A DNA stretch of 64,000 nt, from the UHGV virus genome UHGV-1421865. The stretch is one strand, 5' to 3'. The stretch comes from a virus. The notes under the pieces were generated by a model that did not search any database, was not told where the DNA came from, and saw nothing but the letters and a program-made list of their open reading frames with translations. A program made the translations under genes and the position numbers. The number at the start of each line of letters is the position of its first letter. Position 1 is the stretch's first letter. This document shows, in pieces, positions 1 through 9,639 of the stretch.

Positions 1-236
1 ACATCCCGTCCATATCAGTGACATTGCTAACGTCCCACTCGTCGATTTTGATGTTTCTAACACCAAGACCGTTGAACAAAAACGACATGTCTGTGATCTC
101 TGATGTATCAATGAAGTTTAGATCTATGTCTCGACCCTGACGTTTTAATTCTTGTTCTATAATAGATTTAAGTTCGGCTTTCGATTTGGGTCGAATACTG
201 AGTGATTTTGTAGTTGATGTAATATGTATACCCATA
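1..236 (-). CDS. DUF285/BspA-like leucine-rich-repeat protein, paralog 1. The gene's N-terminus is in the window (ATG at 236); its 3' end runs past coordinate 1.
   Basis: Reverse translation gives MGIHITSTTKSLSIRPKSKAELKSIIEQELKRQGRDIDLNFIDTSEITDMSFLF...WDVSNVTDM, the same leader and first DUF285 repeat as the three downstream paralogs. Nucleotides 20-56 are near-identical to 507-545. Confidence 0.6.
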
Positions 237-251
237 GTAGAACTACGCAAT

Positions 252-725
252 TTAGTTGAATTTCGGTTGTAAATGTGGTTTGGATTCCATTTTGGGGCAG
301 TCCCAAAACATTTCCATTTTTACTCTAACATTAGATACATCCCAAGAACTTAGATCGGAATTAAATTTATTACAACCAAGAAACATTGAGGACATGTTTT
401 CCACATTTGATACGTCCCAACCAGACAAGTCACAATTAACAGCGTAGTGGAACGCTGTGTGTTCCATAAAGTTCTTACAATATCTAAACATAGATTCCAT
501 ATTAGTGACATTGCTAACGTCCCACTCGTCGATTTTGATATTACGTACATAATATAGAGGATGAAACAACCATGACATGTCTGTGATCAATGATGTGTCG
601 ATGAAGTTCAAATCGGCATCCCAACCTTGACGTTCCAGTTCTTGTTCTATCAACGACTGTAACTCATCTTTCGTCGTGGGTCTGAATATCGCTGGTCTAG
701 TATTAGATGTTATCCGTATAGCCAT
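252..725 (-). CDS. DUF285/BspA-like repeat protein, paralog 2.
   Basis: Conserved leader MAIRITSNTRP..FRPTTKDELQSLIEQELERQGWDADLNFIDTSLITDMS, followed by repeated WDVSNVTNM..MF..C..FN.DLS.W units. Confidence 0.75.
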   Translation of the reverse strand: MAIRITSNTRPAIFRPTTKDELQSLIEQELERQGWDADLNFIDTSLITDMSWLFHPLYYVRNIKIDEWDVSNVTNMESMFRYCKNFMEHTAFHYAVNCDLSGWDVSNVENMSSMFLGCNKFNSDLSSWDVSNVRVKMEMFWDCPKMESKPHLQPKFN

Positions 726-741
726 AATAAAACCGCGTAAT

Positions 742-1446
742 TTAGTTGAATTTTGGTTGAAGGTGTGGATTATCTAGCATATTCGGGGAATCATAAAATA
801 CATCGACTCTACGCTTCACCTTTGCTACGTTCCATCCGGAAAGGTCACATTTTAGTTTAGGACATTCTGAAAACATGTAATTCATATTAGCAACTTTGGA
901 CACTCGTGGACCCCATTTATCTAAACCAGTACCCCTAAAAATAGAACATTTAGAGAACATTCTTTCCATAATAACAACTTTTGATACATTCCAACGAGAT
1001 AGATCACTGTCAAATTTGTAGCAATAATTAAACATAGCATCCATTTTAGTTACCTTTGATACATTCCAATTATCTAAACCACTACCCTCAAAAACATTAC
1101 AACCGTAAAACATGGTTCCCATATTAGTTACCTTTGAAGTATCCCAACAAGATAGATCAGCATTGAAATTTTCACAATTATAGAACATATAAGACATATT
1201 TGTCACATTCGAAGTGTCCCACTCATCAATCCGTATATTACCAATATGAAGGTTGAGAAATAACCAAGACATATCAGTGATCTCAGATGTGTCGATAAAG
1301 TTCAAATTGGCATCCGGACCCTGTTTCTTTAGTTCGTTGAAGATCAGCGCCTGTAGTTCGTCTTTCGATTCGGGTTTTGTTTTGTTCAAAGGCTTAGAAT
1401 TTGATGTAATCTTTAATCGTTCTGTGACGTGCGTTGAAAGTGACAT
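742..1446 (-). CDS. DUF285/BspA-like repeat protein, paralog 3.
   Basis: Five or six tandem WD(V/T)S(N/K)VT(N/K)M..MF..C..F units of about 25 aa; leader MSLSTHVTERLKITSNSKP. Confidence 0.8.
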   Translation of the reverse strand: MSLSTHVTERLKITSNSKPLNKTKPESKDELQALIFNELKKQGPDANLNFIDTSEITDMSWLFLNLHIGNIRIDEWDTSNVTNMSYMFYNCENFNADLSCWDTSKVTNMGTMFYGCNVFEGSGLDNWNVSKVTKMDAMFNYCYKFDSDLSRWNVSKVVIMERMFSKCSIFRGTGLDKWGPRVSKVANMNYMFSECPKLKCDLSGWNVAKVKRRVDVFYDSPNMLDNPHLQPKFN

Positions 1447-1484
1447 TTTAATCAGTTATATTTTTTGAAACAAATAACTCAACA

Positions 1485-2042
1485 CTATGCGTTGTTAAAC
1501 TTTGGTTGAAGTTGTGGATTATCGTACATCTGCCGACAGCCGACAAATATATCTTCATTATCTGATACCTTAGAAACGTCCCAACCAGAAAGGTCACATT
1601 TTAGTTTGCGACAAAACATAAACATTCCGTTCATATCAGTAGCGCGCTTTGTGTTCCAGCGAGACAGATTAGATTCAAAATTTTCACAAAAATAGAACAT
1701 CCTTCGCATGTTATTCACATTACGCACGTCCCAATTAGATAAGTCACAGTTGAATTCTTTACATCTAAGAAACATGCCGGCCATGTTCGTCACGTTAGAG
1801 ACGTCCCATTCATCGATTTTGATGTTTCTGATCTTACAATTTTCAAACAATGTGACCATGTCTTCAATTTCAGATACATCAATATGGTTCAAATCGGCAT
1901 CCGGTCCTTGTTTTCTCAGTTCTCCTCTTATTGCAAGTTGAAGATCAAATTTTGTTTCCGGTTTTATAGTTCGTACTGTTGAGGCTGATTTAGACTTAGA
2001 CGTAATCTTTAATCGTTCTGTGATGTGTGTTGAAAGTGACAT
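1485..2042 (-). CDS. DUF285/BspA-like repeat protein, paralog 4.
   Basis: Leader MSLSTHITERLKITSKSKSAS, then WDVSNVTNMAGMF / WDVRNVNNMRRMF repeats. Confidence 0.75.
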   Translation of the reverse strand: MSLSTHITERLKITSKSKSASTVRTIKPETKFDLQLAIRGELRKQGPDADLNHIDVSEIEDMVTLFENCKIRNIKIDEWDVSNVTNMAGMFLRCKEFNCDLSNWDVRNVNNMRRMFYFCENFESNLSRWNTKRATDMNGMFMFCRKLKCDLSGWDVSKVSDNEDIFVGCRQMYDNPQLQPKFNNA

Positions 2043-2115
2043 AACTGTTTGTAGTATAAGTAGTTAAAGAATCTACTAAGTCAAATAATAGCTTAGTAGA
2101 TTCTTTTTATAAGTA

Positions 2116-3624
2116 TTAGTCTTTATTAGGCGATACTACAAATCCAAAGCGGCTTATAATATCTCTATTGAGTAGCACCCGTGTAGACTTGTCTCTGTTG
2201 TCAACTAAGGCAAACTCTACATCCAATACTCTACGCGTTCCTATTTGGATAGACGGTATCTTAACAGTGATTCGTTTTTCTCGGTTTCTACTAATCTCAC
2301 CAGATTTCTCGAATGTATAATCTTCACCGTCGATTGTAACGACCACTTCAGTACCGTTCACTTTTAATTTATCATAACAAATTGTCGATATATCGTCACT
2401 ACCTGTACTTAGTTGTGCGTTTGTTGATAATACATTAGTATCCTCCAGAGTAGTAACATCTATATCACATAAGTACGGTACAGTTTTGGTTGTATATGCC
2501 AGTCCGCTTGCATCATTGATACTATCCAGCAATAACTTAAAGAAATTAAGCCCCATCGCTTCAGAAATACCTTCGGTACCAGGACTCATATTGTATTCTA
2601 ACACAACATTATCACCGATTTCCTTATTAGAACCTTTTACTAAGGGCATAATATCGACAGCGCACCAAGGCATACCGGATATTTTAGCGACTTTCTTAGC
2701 AATTTCCTCTTGTTCTTTTGTTAATACAACATGTTCTACTTTCGCTCCCAACGATACATTACTTCTGAAGTCACCTTTACCCAACATCACGCGTTTCATT
2801 GCACCGAGAATAATTTGACGACCGTGCAATGTAATTACATGTACTCTGATGTCACCACCGTCACCTTCTTCTTTTTTCTGAATAAGCAACTCTATTTCTG
2901 GATCCACATCGAATACCGCTTGTAATACCGGTAGGATATTCGTACCGTTCAACATAAATACACCGACACCACCATGACCACTTAATGTTTTTACAACATA
3001 TTCGAATTTTTCATCTTGCTTTTCATCTTCACCGACATTAGGATAAATCTCTACAAGTTTTTCATACAACGATTTCTTACCCTCCCTTATATCATCAGCT
3101 GTTAATAAAGCAAAACGAGGTTGAGGGATATTATACTTATCTAATAAAACACTAGAACTGTATTTATTTGACGCGATACGACCTTTGTCGATAGGGTTAA
3201 TAACATAAAAACCACGGTCTTGTAGTAGTTCTATTATATTAGCGCATTCTTCGTTAAATAACGTACTTAAACGTGCTATTACAATAGTATCGGTATTAGA
3301 CTTATCTGTTACAGTAAATTTATTATTCTCATCAAAAATAATGATATTACCATTACTAAGCTGTTTATACCTCACACTATTTGTCTTGAACATCTGTAAA
3401 ACAGTAGAGGTATTCTTTATAGCATCACACAAATTAGCTAGTGTTTTATCTTCTAAACAATCTGTTGACGCACCAAACAATAAAATGTTCTTAAAGAAAT
3501 AGTTGTCTTTAGATTTACCAAACGAGGTAACTTCATTCTCATCTTTAGCCTCGTGAATCTGCCTATCCTTTAAGTAACGTTTTTGAACTACATCTTGCAA
3601 TGATAAAATATAATTTGAGTTCAT
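2116..3624 (-). CDS. RimK-type ATP-grasp ligase (alpha-L-glutamate ligase-like) fused to a C-terminal DUF785 retropepsin-like domain.
   Basis: ATP-grasp motifs VVKTLSGHGGVGVF, IQKKEEGDGGDIRV and GDFRSNVSLGA (compare RimK DFRSN.H.GG). The C-terminal ~140 aa resemble the RimK-associated protease domain, with STGS at the position of the catalytic DTGA. Confidence 0.7.
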   Translation of the reverse strand: MNSNYILSLQDVVQKRYLKDRQIHEAKDENEVTSFGKSKDNYFFKNILLFGASTDCLEDKTLANLCDAIKNTSTVLQMFKTNSVRYKQLSNGNIIIFDENNKFTVTDKSNTDTIVIARLSTLFNEECANIIELLQDRGFYVINPIDKGRIASNKYSSSVLLDKYNIPQPRFALLTADDIREGKKSLYEKLVEIYPNVGEDEKQDEKFEYVVKTLSGHGGVGVFMLNGTNILPVLQAVFDVDPEIELLIQKKEEGDGGDIRVHVITLHGRQIILGAMKRVMLGKGDFRSNVSLGAKVEHVVLTKEQEEIAKKVAKISGMPWCAVDIMPLVKGSNKEIGDNVVLEYNMSPGTEGISEAMGLNFFKLLLDSINDASGLAYTTKTVPYLCDIDVTTLEDTNVLSTNAQLSTGSDDISTICYDKLKVNGTEVVVTIDGEDYTFEKSGEISRNREKRITVKIPSIQIGTRRVLDVEFALVDNRDKSTRVLLNRDIISRFGFVVSPNKD

Positions 3625-3694
3625 TATTGTTTTAATATATTTCTGATATACTTAAAAATCCTTATTATTAAGGATTTTACAAGACTACACCAGA

Positions 3695-3976
3695 CTATCG
3701 ACGATCTTTCACCGACACTACAATCTTACGATTAGCAATCTTCTCGAGTGCATCAGCTCTGTCTTGTAGTTGACTGTCTTTGTTATTAAGTGTCAAATTG
3801 AGTGTTTTAACACTGTCTTGATAACGAGAGAGTACTTGTTGTACACTATCGAGTTCTGTACGTGTACTATCGAGTTCGTTCGAGTAGTTACAAGACGATA
3901 CACAACGGTTGAGGCTAAAAAGTCCCAAGATACCGACTACAATAGCAAACTTATTTCTTTTAAGGAATTCTTTCAT
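3695..3976 (-). CDS. Small membrane-anchored coiled-coil protein; possible i-spanin-like lysis accessory protein.
   Basis: N-terminal K/R then hydrophobic stretch FAIVVGILGLFSL, followed by a predicted coiled coil (LDSVQQVLSRYQDSVKTLNLTL..). Function inferred from architecture only. Confidence 0.35.
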   Translation of the reverse strand: MKEFLKRNKFAIVVGILGLFSLNRCVSSCNYSNELDSTRTELDSVQQVLSRYQDSVKTLNLTLNNKDSQLQDRADALEKIANRKIVVSVKDRR

Positions 3977-4059
3977 TTTTTTTCTTTTATATCATTTAGT
4001 TGAAATATATACGTTGGTTTACTAGCGTTAAGTCGTCTTGCGCCGACTGACTGGAGGCG

Positions 4060-4362
4060 TTAAACTGACCAACCAATCTTAGCACCGACGGCCGTCAAGA
4101 TAATTCGGGATGTCAGTAGACTACCGAAAGTACCTTTTACGTCGACACCCAGCGCATCACAGACGGCTTTCATCACAGCGGGACCGAACGTCATACCGGC
4201 TGCACCGCCCAAGATAGAACTGAACAGGCCTTCTTCTAAAGGTACGCCTTGTTCTTTTGCCTCTTGTAGACGTTTGATAGTGTCGTCGTAAACAGCCGAT
4301 TCGTTGAGCTGTCGTTCGCGCTCGTCTTTAATATGTTTTACTGTTTCGGAATAGTTATTCAT
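4060..4362 (-). CDS. Small protein with an N-terminal coiled coil and a C-terminal glycine-zipper membrane segment.
   Basis: GGAAGMTFGPAVMKAVCDALG...LLTSRIILTAVGAKIGW. The ATG at 4362 lies directly after the stop of the upstream gene; the track start at 4371 is a TTG. Confidence 0.4.
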   Translation of the reverse strand: MNNYSETVKHIKDERERQLNESAVYDDTIKRLQEAKEQGVPLEEGLFSSILGGAAGMTFGPAVMKAVCDALGVDVKGTFGSLLTSRIILTAVGAKIGWSV

Positions 4363-4363
4363 A

Positions 4364-6034
4364 TTATACAAAATTTATTGTTACAGCATCCATTGTAATG
4401 CTGTCGTATTTATGTTCTCTGTTGTTTTTGTTATAATAGTATCGTATAGAACCGGTGATAAGGGGAATTCTAAGATCGGAATCCAGTTCGATGTTACCGG
4501 ACATATCGAGTCCTACTTGTTTTGACGGCTCGTAGGCTCTTTTATACGGTACATATTTTTCTGTCCCGTTAACAAATTCTTTCTTATATAAAGTATAATA
4601 TCCGTCTCTGTACGCCTTTTCGTTATCGTCGCTGATGATGTCTACCACTATCGACTCCACACCGTTTATACCGGAAAGTTCTTTTATAATATCGCTCTTG
4701 ACAATCTTTCGCGTATTGGTAAGCCGTTTCGACAGGTACTGTGCTAGACTTGTCTTTACCGACTGTTCTATTGTTTTTTTATAGTTATTGTTTTTAGCCT
4801 TTATATAGAACACCAACGCATATTTGCTTATAATAGGCTCTATGATGTTTATAGTAGTACCTGCAAAGGACCTGTTTGAGTTTTTTAAGGTGGTTTTAAT
4901 CTGTTCTTGTTCGCTATTAGATAATAGTATATCTTTATGAGACAAATCAAAATAATTGGTTCTTTTTTTGTACAATTCTTTGAGGTTTCTGGTTAGTATA
5001 CAGTTGACTACCATAGAGTTGTACTCACTCCATATCTTGGTGTACCCTATAAAGGAGAATCTCGACAAAAAGAGTTTGAAATTATCTGGTGTTGCCAGTA
5101 CGCTACTACGAGAGTTTTTACCCACCATATTACGAACAAAATTGATACTTTCTGCGTTACTACCGCCGGCGATAACGTTATTTACCGTTATATTAACATA
5201 CTCGTTCGGATTGACAGAATTACCGTACGCGTCGACAACATAGTCTCGGAACATCAGTCGTGCGTTTTGTAACGTGATATTTCCTAGTATTCCCGAATGT
5301 GTTAAATAACGAACCCCGACGGTCTGCCCTTCTCTTAACTGCGTACCATGGACGTTATTACCGAACTGAATCGTTATCTCGTTATTAAAACCGACGGTGA
5401 CGATGTAACTGTTACCAGACAGATCATAAAAGTTCTGTACCGGTGACCATAGTTCGTTGTCGACACGGACTTCGATATAGTCTTTGTCGAACAGTTCGGG
5501 TGTCGTTATATTAAATTGTTCTAACGGTTTTCCTTCCGACACAAAATTAGCATGGTTGAACTGCCCCTGTAATACCTTCAGTTCATGGTTGATGATAGGC
5601 TTCGATACGTCGATAACATAGTACTCTGAATTGATAACTGTATTATATAACAACCCAGTGTTCGGATCCTGTAACAAACAACCGTTCGGAATGTATATCT
5701 TAGACGATTTAGTACTCAATCCGTTATTGACTTCTACCTGCATCGTAACCGTCCCGACAGCGGCTGTACCGTAGCTCGGTTCGTAGCCGGATAACGTTGC
5801 TAAGTTATATATAGATTTCTTACGTCGCGCGGTGTATATATTCTGTTCCGACAACGCGTCTTCTATATAAAACATGATATTTTGCATCACACCTTTTATA
5901 CCGTCGAAAATGACAGTAAATACTTGACTGTGCCCGTACGGTATATTTAACGACGCAAACGTCTTCGACAAATAGGTCCGGACCGTCTCGTCGAACCGAT
6001 TAAAAGACGTTTCTATTGTTTTGAATAGTTTCAT
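4364..6034 (-). CDS. Hypothetical protein, 556 aa; possibly structural.
   Basis: Long uninterrupted ORF with an ATG start and codon usage matching its neighbours; no recognisable motif. Confidence 0.6.
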   Translation of the reverse strand: MKLFKTIETSFNRFDETVRTYLSKTFASLNIPYGHSQVFTVIFDGIKGVMQNIMFYIEDALSEQNIYTARRKKSIYNLATLSGYEPSYGTAAVGTVTMQVEVNNGLSTKSSKIYIPNGCLLQDPNTGLLYNTVINSEYYVIDVSKPIINHELKVLQGQFNHANFVSEGKPLEQFNITTPELFDKDYIEVRVDNELWSPVQNFYDLSGNSYIVTVGFNNEITIQFGNNVHGTQLREGQTVGVRYLTHSGILGNITLQNARLMFRDYVVDAYGNSVNPNEYVNITVNNVIAGGSNAESINFVRNMVGKNSRSSVLATPDNFKLFLSRFSFIGYTKIWSEYNSMVVNCILTRNLKELYKKRTNYFDLSHKDILLSNSEQEQIKTTLKNSNRSFAGTTINIIEPIISKYALVFYIKAKNNNYKKTIEQSVKTSLAQYLSKRLTNTRKIVKSDIIKELSGINGVESIVVDIISDDNEKAYRDGYYTLYKKEFVNGTEKYVPYKRAYEPSKQVGLDMSGNIELDSDLRIPLITGSIRYYYNKNNREHKYDSITMDAVTINFV

Positions 6035-6078
6035 TTATTGTATATTTTTGTGATGTTCGTTAACGTGATTATTTTTGG

Positions 6079-6180
6079 CTGTGACGCACGATTTTTCTTT
6101 GACCTTAGAGTACCAAGATCAACACATTTGAGTGCGTCAGAGAGCCTAAAAAGTGCCAAAGAATCGATTCTATGTTGCAC
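6079..6180. repeat. Conserved intergenic structured palindromic element, copy 1 (plus form).
   Basis: gtgacgcacgatttttctttgaccttagagtaccaagatcaacacatttgagtgcgtcagagagcctaaaaagtgcc. Outer inverted repeat gacgcac/gtgcgtc. Confidence 0.8.
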
Positions 6181-6226
6181 ATACTAGTACACATAACAAA
6201 TATAGACTGATACAGACTGTAAAAGA

Positions 6227-6571
6227 CTATCTAAACTGATACTGACGTTCACCTTCGGTATCTGTTTTTTCGTCGTAGATGTTTATTATAACGTGATATA
6301 TACTGCGATAGTCGCCGTCGAGTAGTTTGACTTCTACGCTATGCTTCATCTGTGACAGATAAAAAGTGTCTTTAATATGTTCTTTAATGTATTCTTCGAC
6401 GCGTGTCGTAGACGGATTCATGTCCCAGAGAAATTGATCGAAGTTGGTACCGAACTGCGGTTCTCCTATCAGCTCTGTATTTTCTGTATTAAATAACATA
6501 TCTAGTTCTTGTAGGGCAGCGTCTAATTCCGACGTCAAGAACACTCTACTGTCTATGGCTAAATCCAACAT
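6227..6571 (-). CDS. Hypothetical protein, 114 aa.
   Basis: ORF with ATG start, packed tightly against the 6580..8487 gene. Confidence 0.5.
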   Translation of the reverse strand: MLDLAIDSRVFLTSELDAALQELDMLFNTENTELIGEPQFGTNFDQFLWDMNPSTTRVEEYIKEHIKDTFYLSQMKHSVEVKLLDGDYRSIYHVIINIYDEKTDTEGERQYQFR

Positions 6572-6579
6572 TGTTTTTA

Positions 6580-8487
6580 TTATATAGATTGATTGATAGA
6601 ATACGTACCGGATGAAAGATATGTATCGTCGTCTACTATGATGTCGAAGACACCCGAAATGTCGACTATATCGCTTGCCTTTATCTTAAATATAACAAAC
6701 GATTCGTTTCGTCCGATTTCTTTGTACTCTTTACCTCCGATACTGATACAAAATAGGTCTACCTTTGTCATATAGTTACCTAAATTGATACCTATATTCT
6801 GTTCTATGCGGGGACGAAGATTGATATGCTGTAAGTTTTGTACTTTATAGAATATCGGCTTATAAAGTATCTGTTTGTCTAAATTGTTGTTTATAATAGA
6901 CTGTTTAGTACTACACTCGCTGTCTACATTAGGATCTACGATATGACAGTTTAATTTATCTATAAATTTGAATTTAGATGCGTCTTGTATTTCCATGTCG
7001 GATTGAATATGAATATGTTGTTTTTGTGACGTCACAATGTACTTGTACCATTCGTCTGTTATAATAACGTCGTTGGAATTTATCACAGTACCGGTATATC
7101 GGTCTACAAAAGCGACTCGGCATACAAGGAACGCCGGTTTTTGTTTCCACGACTTAAATATGTTATATAAAGGAAAACTAAATGACGACAGGCTACTTAA
7201 ATCACTATTTTCGTTACGTGAATAGACAATGTTTTTATATAGTCGATCGGTTGCTATTTCGATGCGATAACCCAGGAACAGTTCGTCTGTATGCAGCGAT
7301 GCTTCGTACTCTTCTCTTATAACACTCTTTCGCATCTCCTTATATAACTCTAATGTCTTGTTATCGTCTAAAATCCATTTATAGATAAGGTTGTTTCGTT
7401 TGATATGAACATAGTAGTCTATGAGTTGCTGTTTGTCTGTTTCTGTTATAGTAGTAATAGCGTCTACGTCGGCGTACATGTCGTCTACTATGCGTTCTTT
7501 AGAATATACTTCATATTCCGATTCTGTGACACAAAAATGGTACTTGTACGCTTCCAACAAACCGCCGTCGGTACGAGGGAATTTATCGTAAGAATGATTA
7601 AAGTTACTTATAATAGACACTTCTCCGTTTTCAAACCCTAATTTAGACGTTAGTTCGAATCGATTTGTATCGGCTAAAACACAAGTACCGACACCTACGG
7701 TATCGTCTGTTTCGTACCTGTTTTCGTCTACCGTTCTGTACGGTAATAGTGTTATTGTTATATTATAAGGCGATCTGTGTTTTCGTTTAAGATATTGCTT
7801 TGTGTATATCGTATTATCGTCGTACTGTTCCGACACTATTTTGTACGGGTATTCGAACAGATTCATGCTAATAAACTGTTTATTACCCAATATAGTAGAT
7901 ACTTTATTGACAAAACCGGATTGCTTATTGAACGAATTAAAACGAATAAGTGTAGTATCATAAATCCAACCGGACAGTAAATCGTCTAAATCCGGTATGT
8001 CGACATAACTGTATTCGGAATAAGATTTGTTATAAAGAGAATGCTGTGTTTTCAGTTCCGTCTCCGACGCCGTATTTAGTTGATTTACTTTATATAAACC
8101 AAGATGGATTTTGATACCGTTTATATAAGAGGTAATGTGTACAATTTTAGGTACGTCGACGTCTGTTATAGGGTGGTAGATCTTGATTCTTCGTGTTCGT
8201 ACTTTCTTTGTCAGCATCTTGTCCTCTTGCCGTGTGTAGATAGGAGACGATTCCAGTTCGTAGTTGACAAATTCGGTCTTATCTGTACTATATAAACGGT
8301 TATTGTTTTGTACCGGGTACAGTTCTTGCTCTATAGACGAAGCTACAATAAACAAATCGGTGTCGTTAAGTACTTTATTTTTATAGTCGACAGAGCGTAT
8401 AACATTAAACGTATCGTAACGCTCCGAGTCATCGACTTCTAATTTATACGAATACGACCCTAATTGAACGTTGTATATCTTGCCCAT
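6580..8487 (-). CDS. Hypothetical protein, 635 aa.
   Basis: Long ORF with ATG start. Confidence 0.6.
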   Translation of the reverse strand: MGKIYNVQLGSYSYKLEVDDSERYDTFNVIRSVDYKNKVLNDTDLFIVASSIEQELYPVQNNNRLYSTDKTEFVNYELESSPIYTRQEDKMLTKKVRTRRIKIYHPITDVDVPKIVHITSYINGIKIHLGLYKVNQLNTASETELKTQHSLYNKSYSEYSYVDIPDLDDLLSGWIYDTTLIRFNSFNKQSGFVNKVSTILGNKQFISMNLFEYPYKIVSEQYDDNTIYTKQYLKRKHRSPYNITITLLPYRTVDENRYETDDTVGVGTCVLADTNRFELTSKLGFENGEVSIISNFNHSYDKFPRTDGGLLEAYKYHFCVTESEYEVYSKERIVDDMYADVDAITTITETDKQQLIDYYVHIKRNNLIYKWILDDNKTLELYKEMRKSVIREEYEASLHTDELFLGYRIEIATDRLYKNIVYSRNENSDLSSLSSFSFPLYNIFKSWKQKPAFLVCRVAFVDRYTGTVINSNDVIITDEWYKYIVTSQKQHIHIQSDMEIQDASKFKFIDKLNCHIVDPNVDSECSTKQSIINNNLDKQILYKPIFYKVQNLQHINLRPRIEQNIGINLGNYMTKVDLFCISIGGKEYKEIGRNESFVIFKIKASDIVDISGVFDIIVDDDTYLSSGTYSINQSI

Positions 8488-8599
8488 GTGCAGTTATTGT
8501 CTCTTTATATATGAAAATCCCATGTCTCTACATTGATTTTTGTCTTCAAATGTACTATATTTTAACTACGAACAAGAAAATAAACAACAGCATACTACA

Positions 8600-8866
8600 A
8601 TGGAACAAACAAAAACATATCAAACAGCTATTCTGACAGCCCTTAAACGTCTACAAGAACAGTGCGTAGACACAAATCCTGAACTTTATTCTATTGTAGA
8701 AGAATTTGAACGGTTGTACGATGTGGAAAACAGCACTTTCGGTAGCCTCTATCTACTGAATTTGGATCTCTATACGACACTCGTTATAACAGAAGATGTA
8801 GAGCTCCAACCCTACATTAGCATTCTTATCGATATTATTGAGAATTTCCCTACATTTTTCTCTTAA
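8600..8866 (+). CDS. Hypothetical small protein.
   Basis: ATG at 8600 (MEQTKTYQTAILTALKRLQEQ..). The track start at 8540 is a TTG. Confidence 0.35.
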   Translation: MEQTKTYQTAILTALKRLQEQCVDTNPELYSIVEEFERLYDVENSTFGSLYLLNLDLYTTLVITEDVELQPYISILIDIIENFPTFFS

Positions 8867-8931
8867 GAAAAGATGCTAATCTGGGGTCGTACGGGATTTT
8901 TACGTATAACAGATACGAACAAGAACAATAT

Positions 8932-9636
8932 ATGAACAAAAGATACAAATTTCAGGTCGGCGATATTATCGCTTTTAAGTTCATGGGGCTTAGATTTAAG
9001 TTCCGTGTAGTGCCGCAATTCGAGTATTTCTTGCCAAGAATGTGCGATTATTGGGATATTTCGGATTCCACACCGATTACTTTTACCGGTTTGAAGTTGG
9101 AGTATGTGTCTAAACGTCGGGGTGAATTACCCCGTGATGTAATCGGTATGTACTATCCCGAGCTTACCGACTTAGGTTCAACCTGTTATTGTATTTTGAA
9201 CAACAGTGAAGATTTCGACTTTTGGACGGCGTTGATGCGATTTACCCACCACGGTATCATTAAAAACCTTACTATTTATACATTAGGCGATCGTCCTGTT
9301 CGTTATAACAACAACCGAGTGTGTAAAGTAGTGAACACAAAAGCACCTTTTAGAAATAGTGTCGGCACTATTAAGTCTAAATCAGTGCCTGTATCGAAAG
9401 AGTGGCATCTAAATAATGCTACTAATATAGATGATGTACTTGCTGCTATTAAAGGTACTCTTATCAAATCCGCCGGTTTTGGAGGGGACGATTATAGTAC
9501 GCAGTTTAGTTCTGCTACAACTACACAAGACATAGTAGACAGTCCATACAAGTTGACAACAGACATATATACAGAAGTACTTGAAAACTTATTAGTACAG
9601 TTGTATAGTATACTTTCAAAAGCACCTCCTGTATAA
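8932..9636 (+). CDS. Hypothetical protein, 234 aa.
   Basis: ORF with ATG start. Confidence 0.5.
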   Translation: MNKRYKFQVGDIIAFKFMGLRFKFRVVPQFEYFLPRMCDYWDISDSTPITFTGLKLEYVSKRRGELPRDVIGMYYPELTDLGSTCYCILNNSEDFDFWTALMRFTHHGIIKNLTIYTLGDRPVRYNNNRVCKVVNTKAPFRNSVGTIKSKSVPVSKEWHLNNATNIDDVLAAIKGTLIKSAGFGGDDYSTQFSSATTTQDIVDSPYKLTTDIYTEVLENLLVQLYSILSKAPPV

Positions 9637-9639
9637 CGT

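Noticed and set aside
8540-8599. Longer 5' extensions of several track ORFs (8540, 11986, 4371, 22115, 44703, 29166) that begin on TTG or GTG.
   Set aside because: An in-frame ATG with better spacing to the upstream stop exists a few codons downstream in each case. I report the ATG starts and note the alternative.
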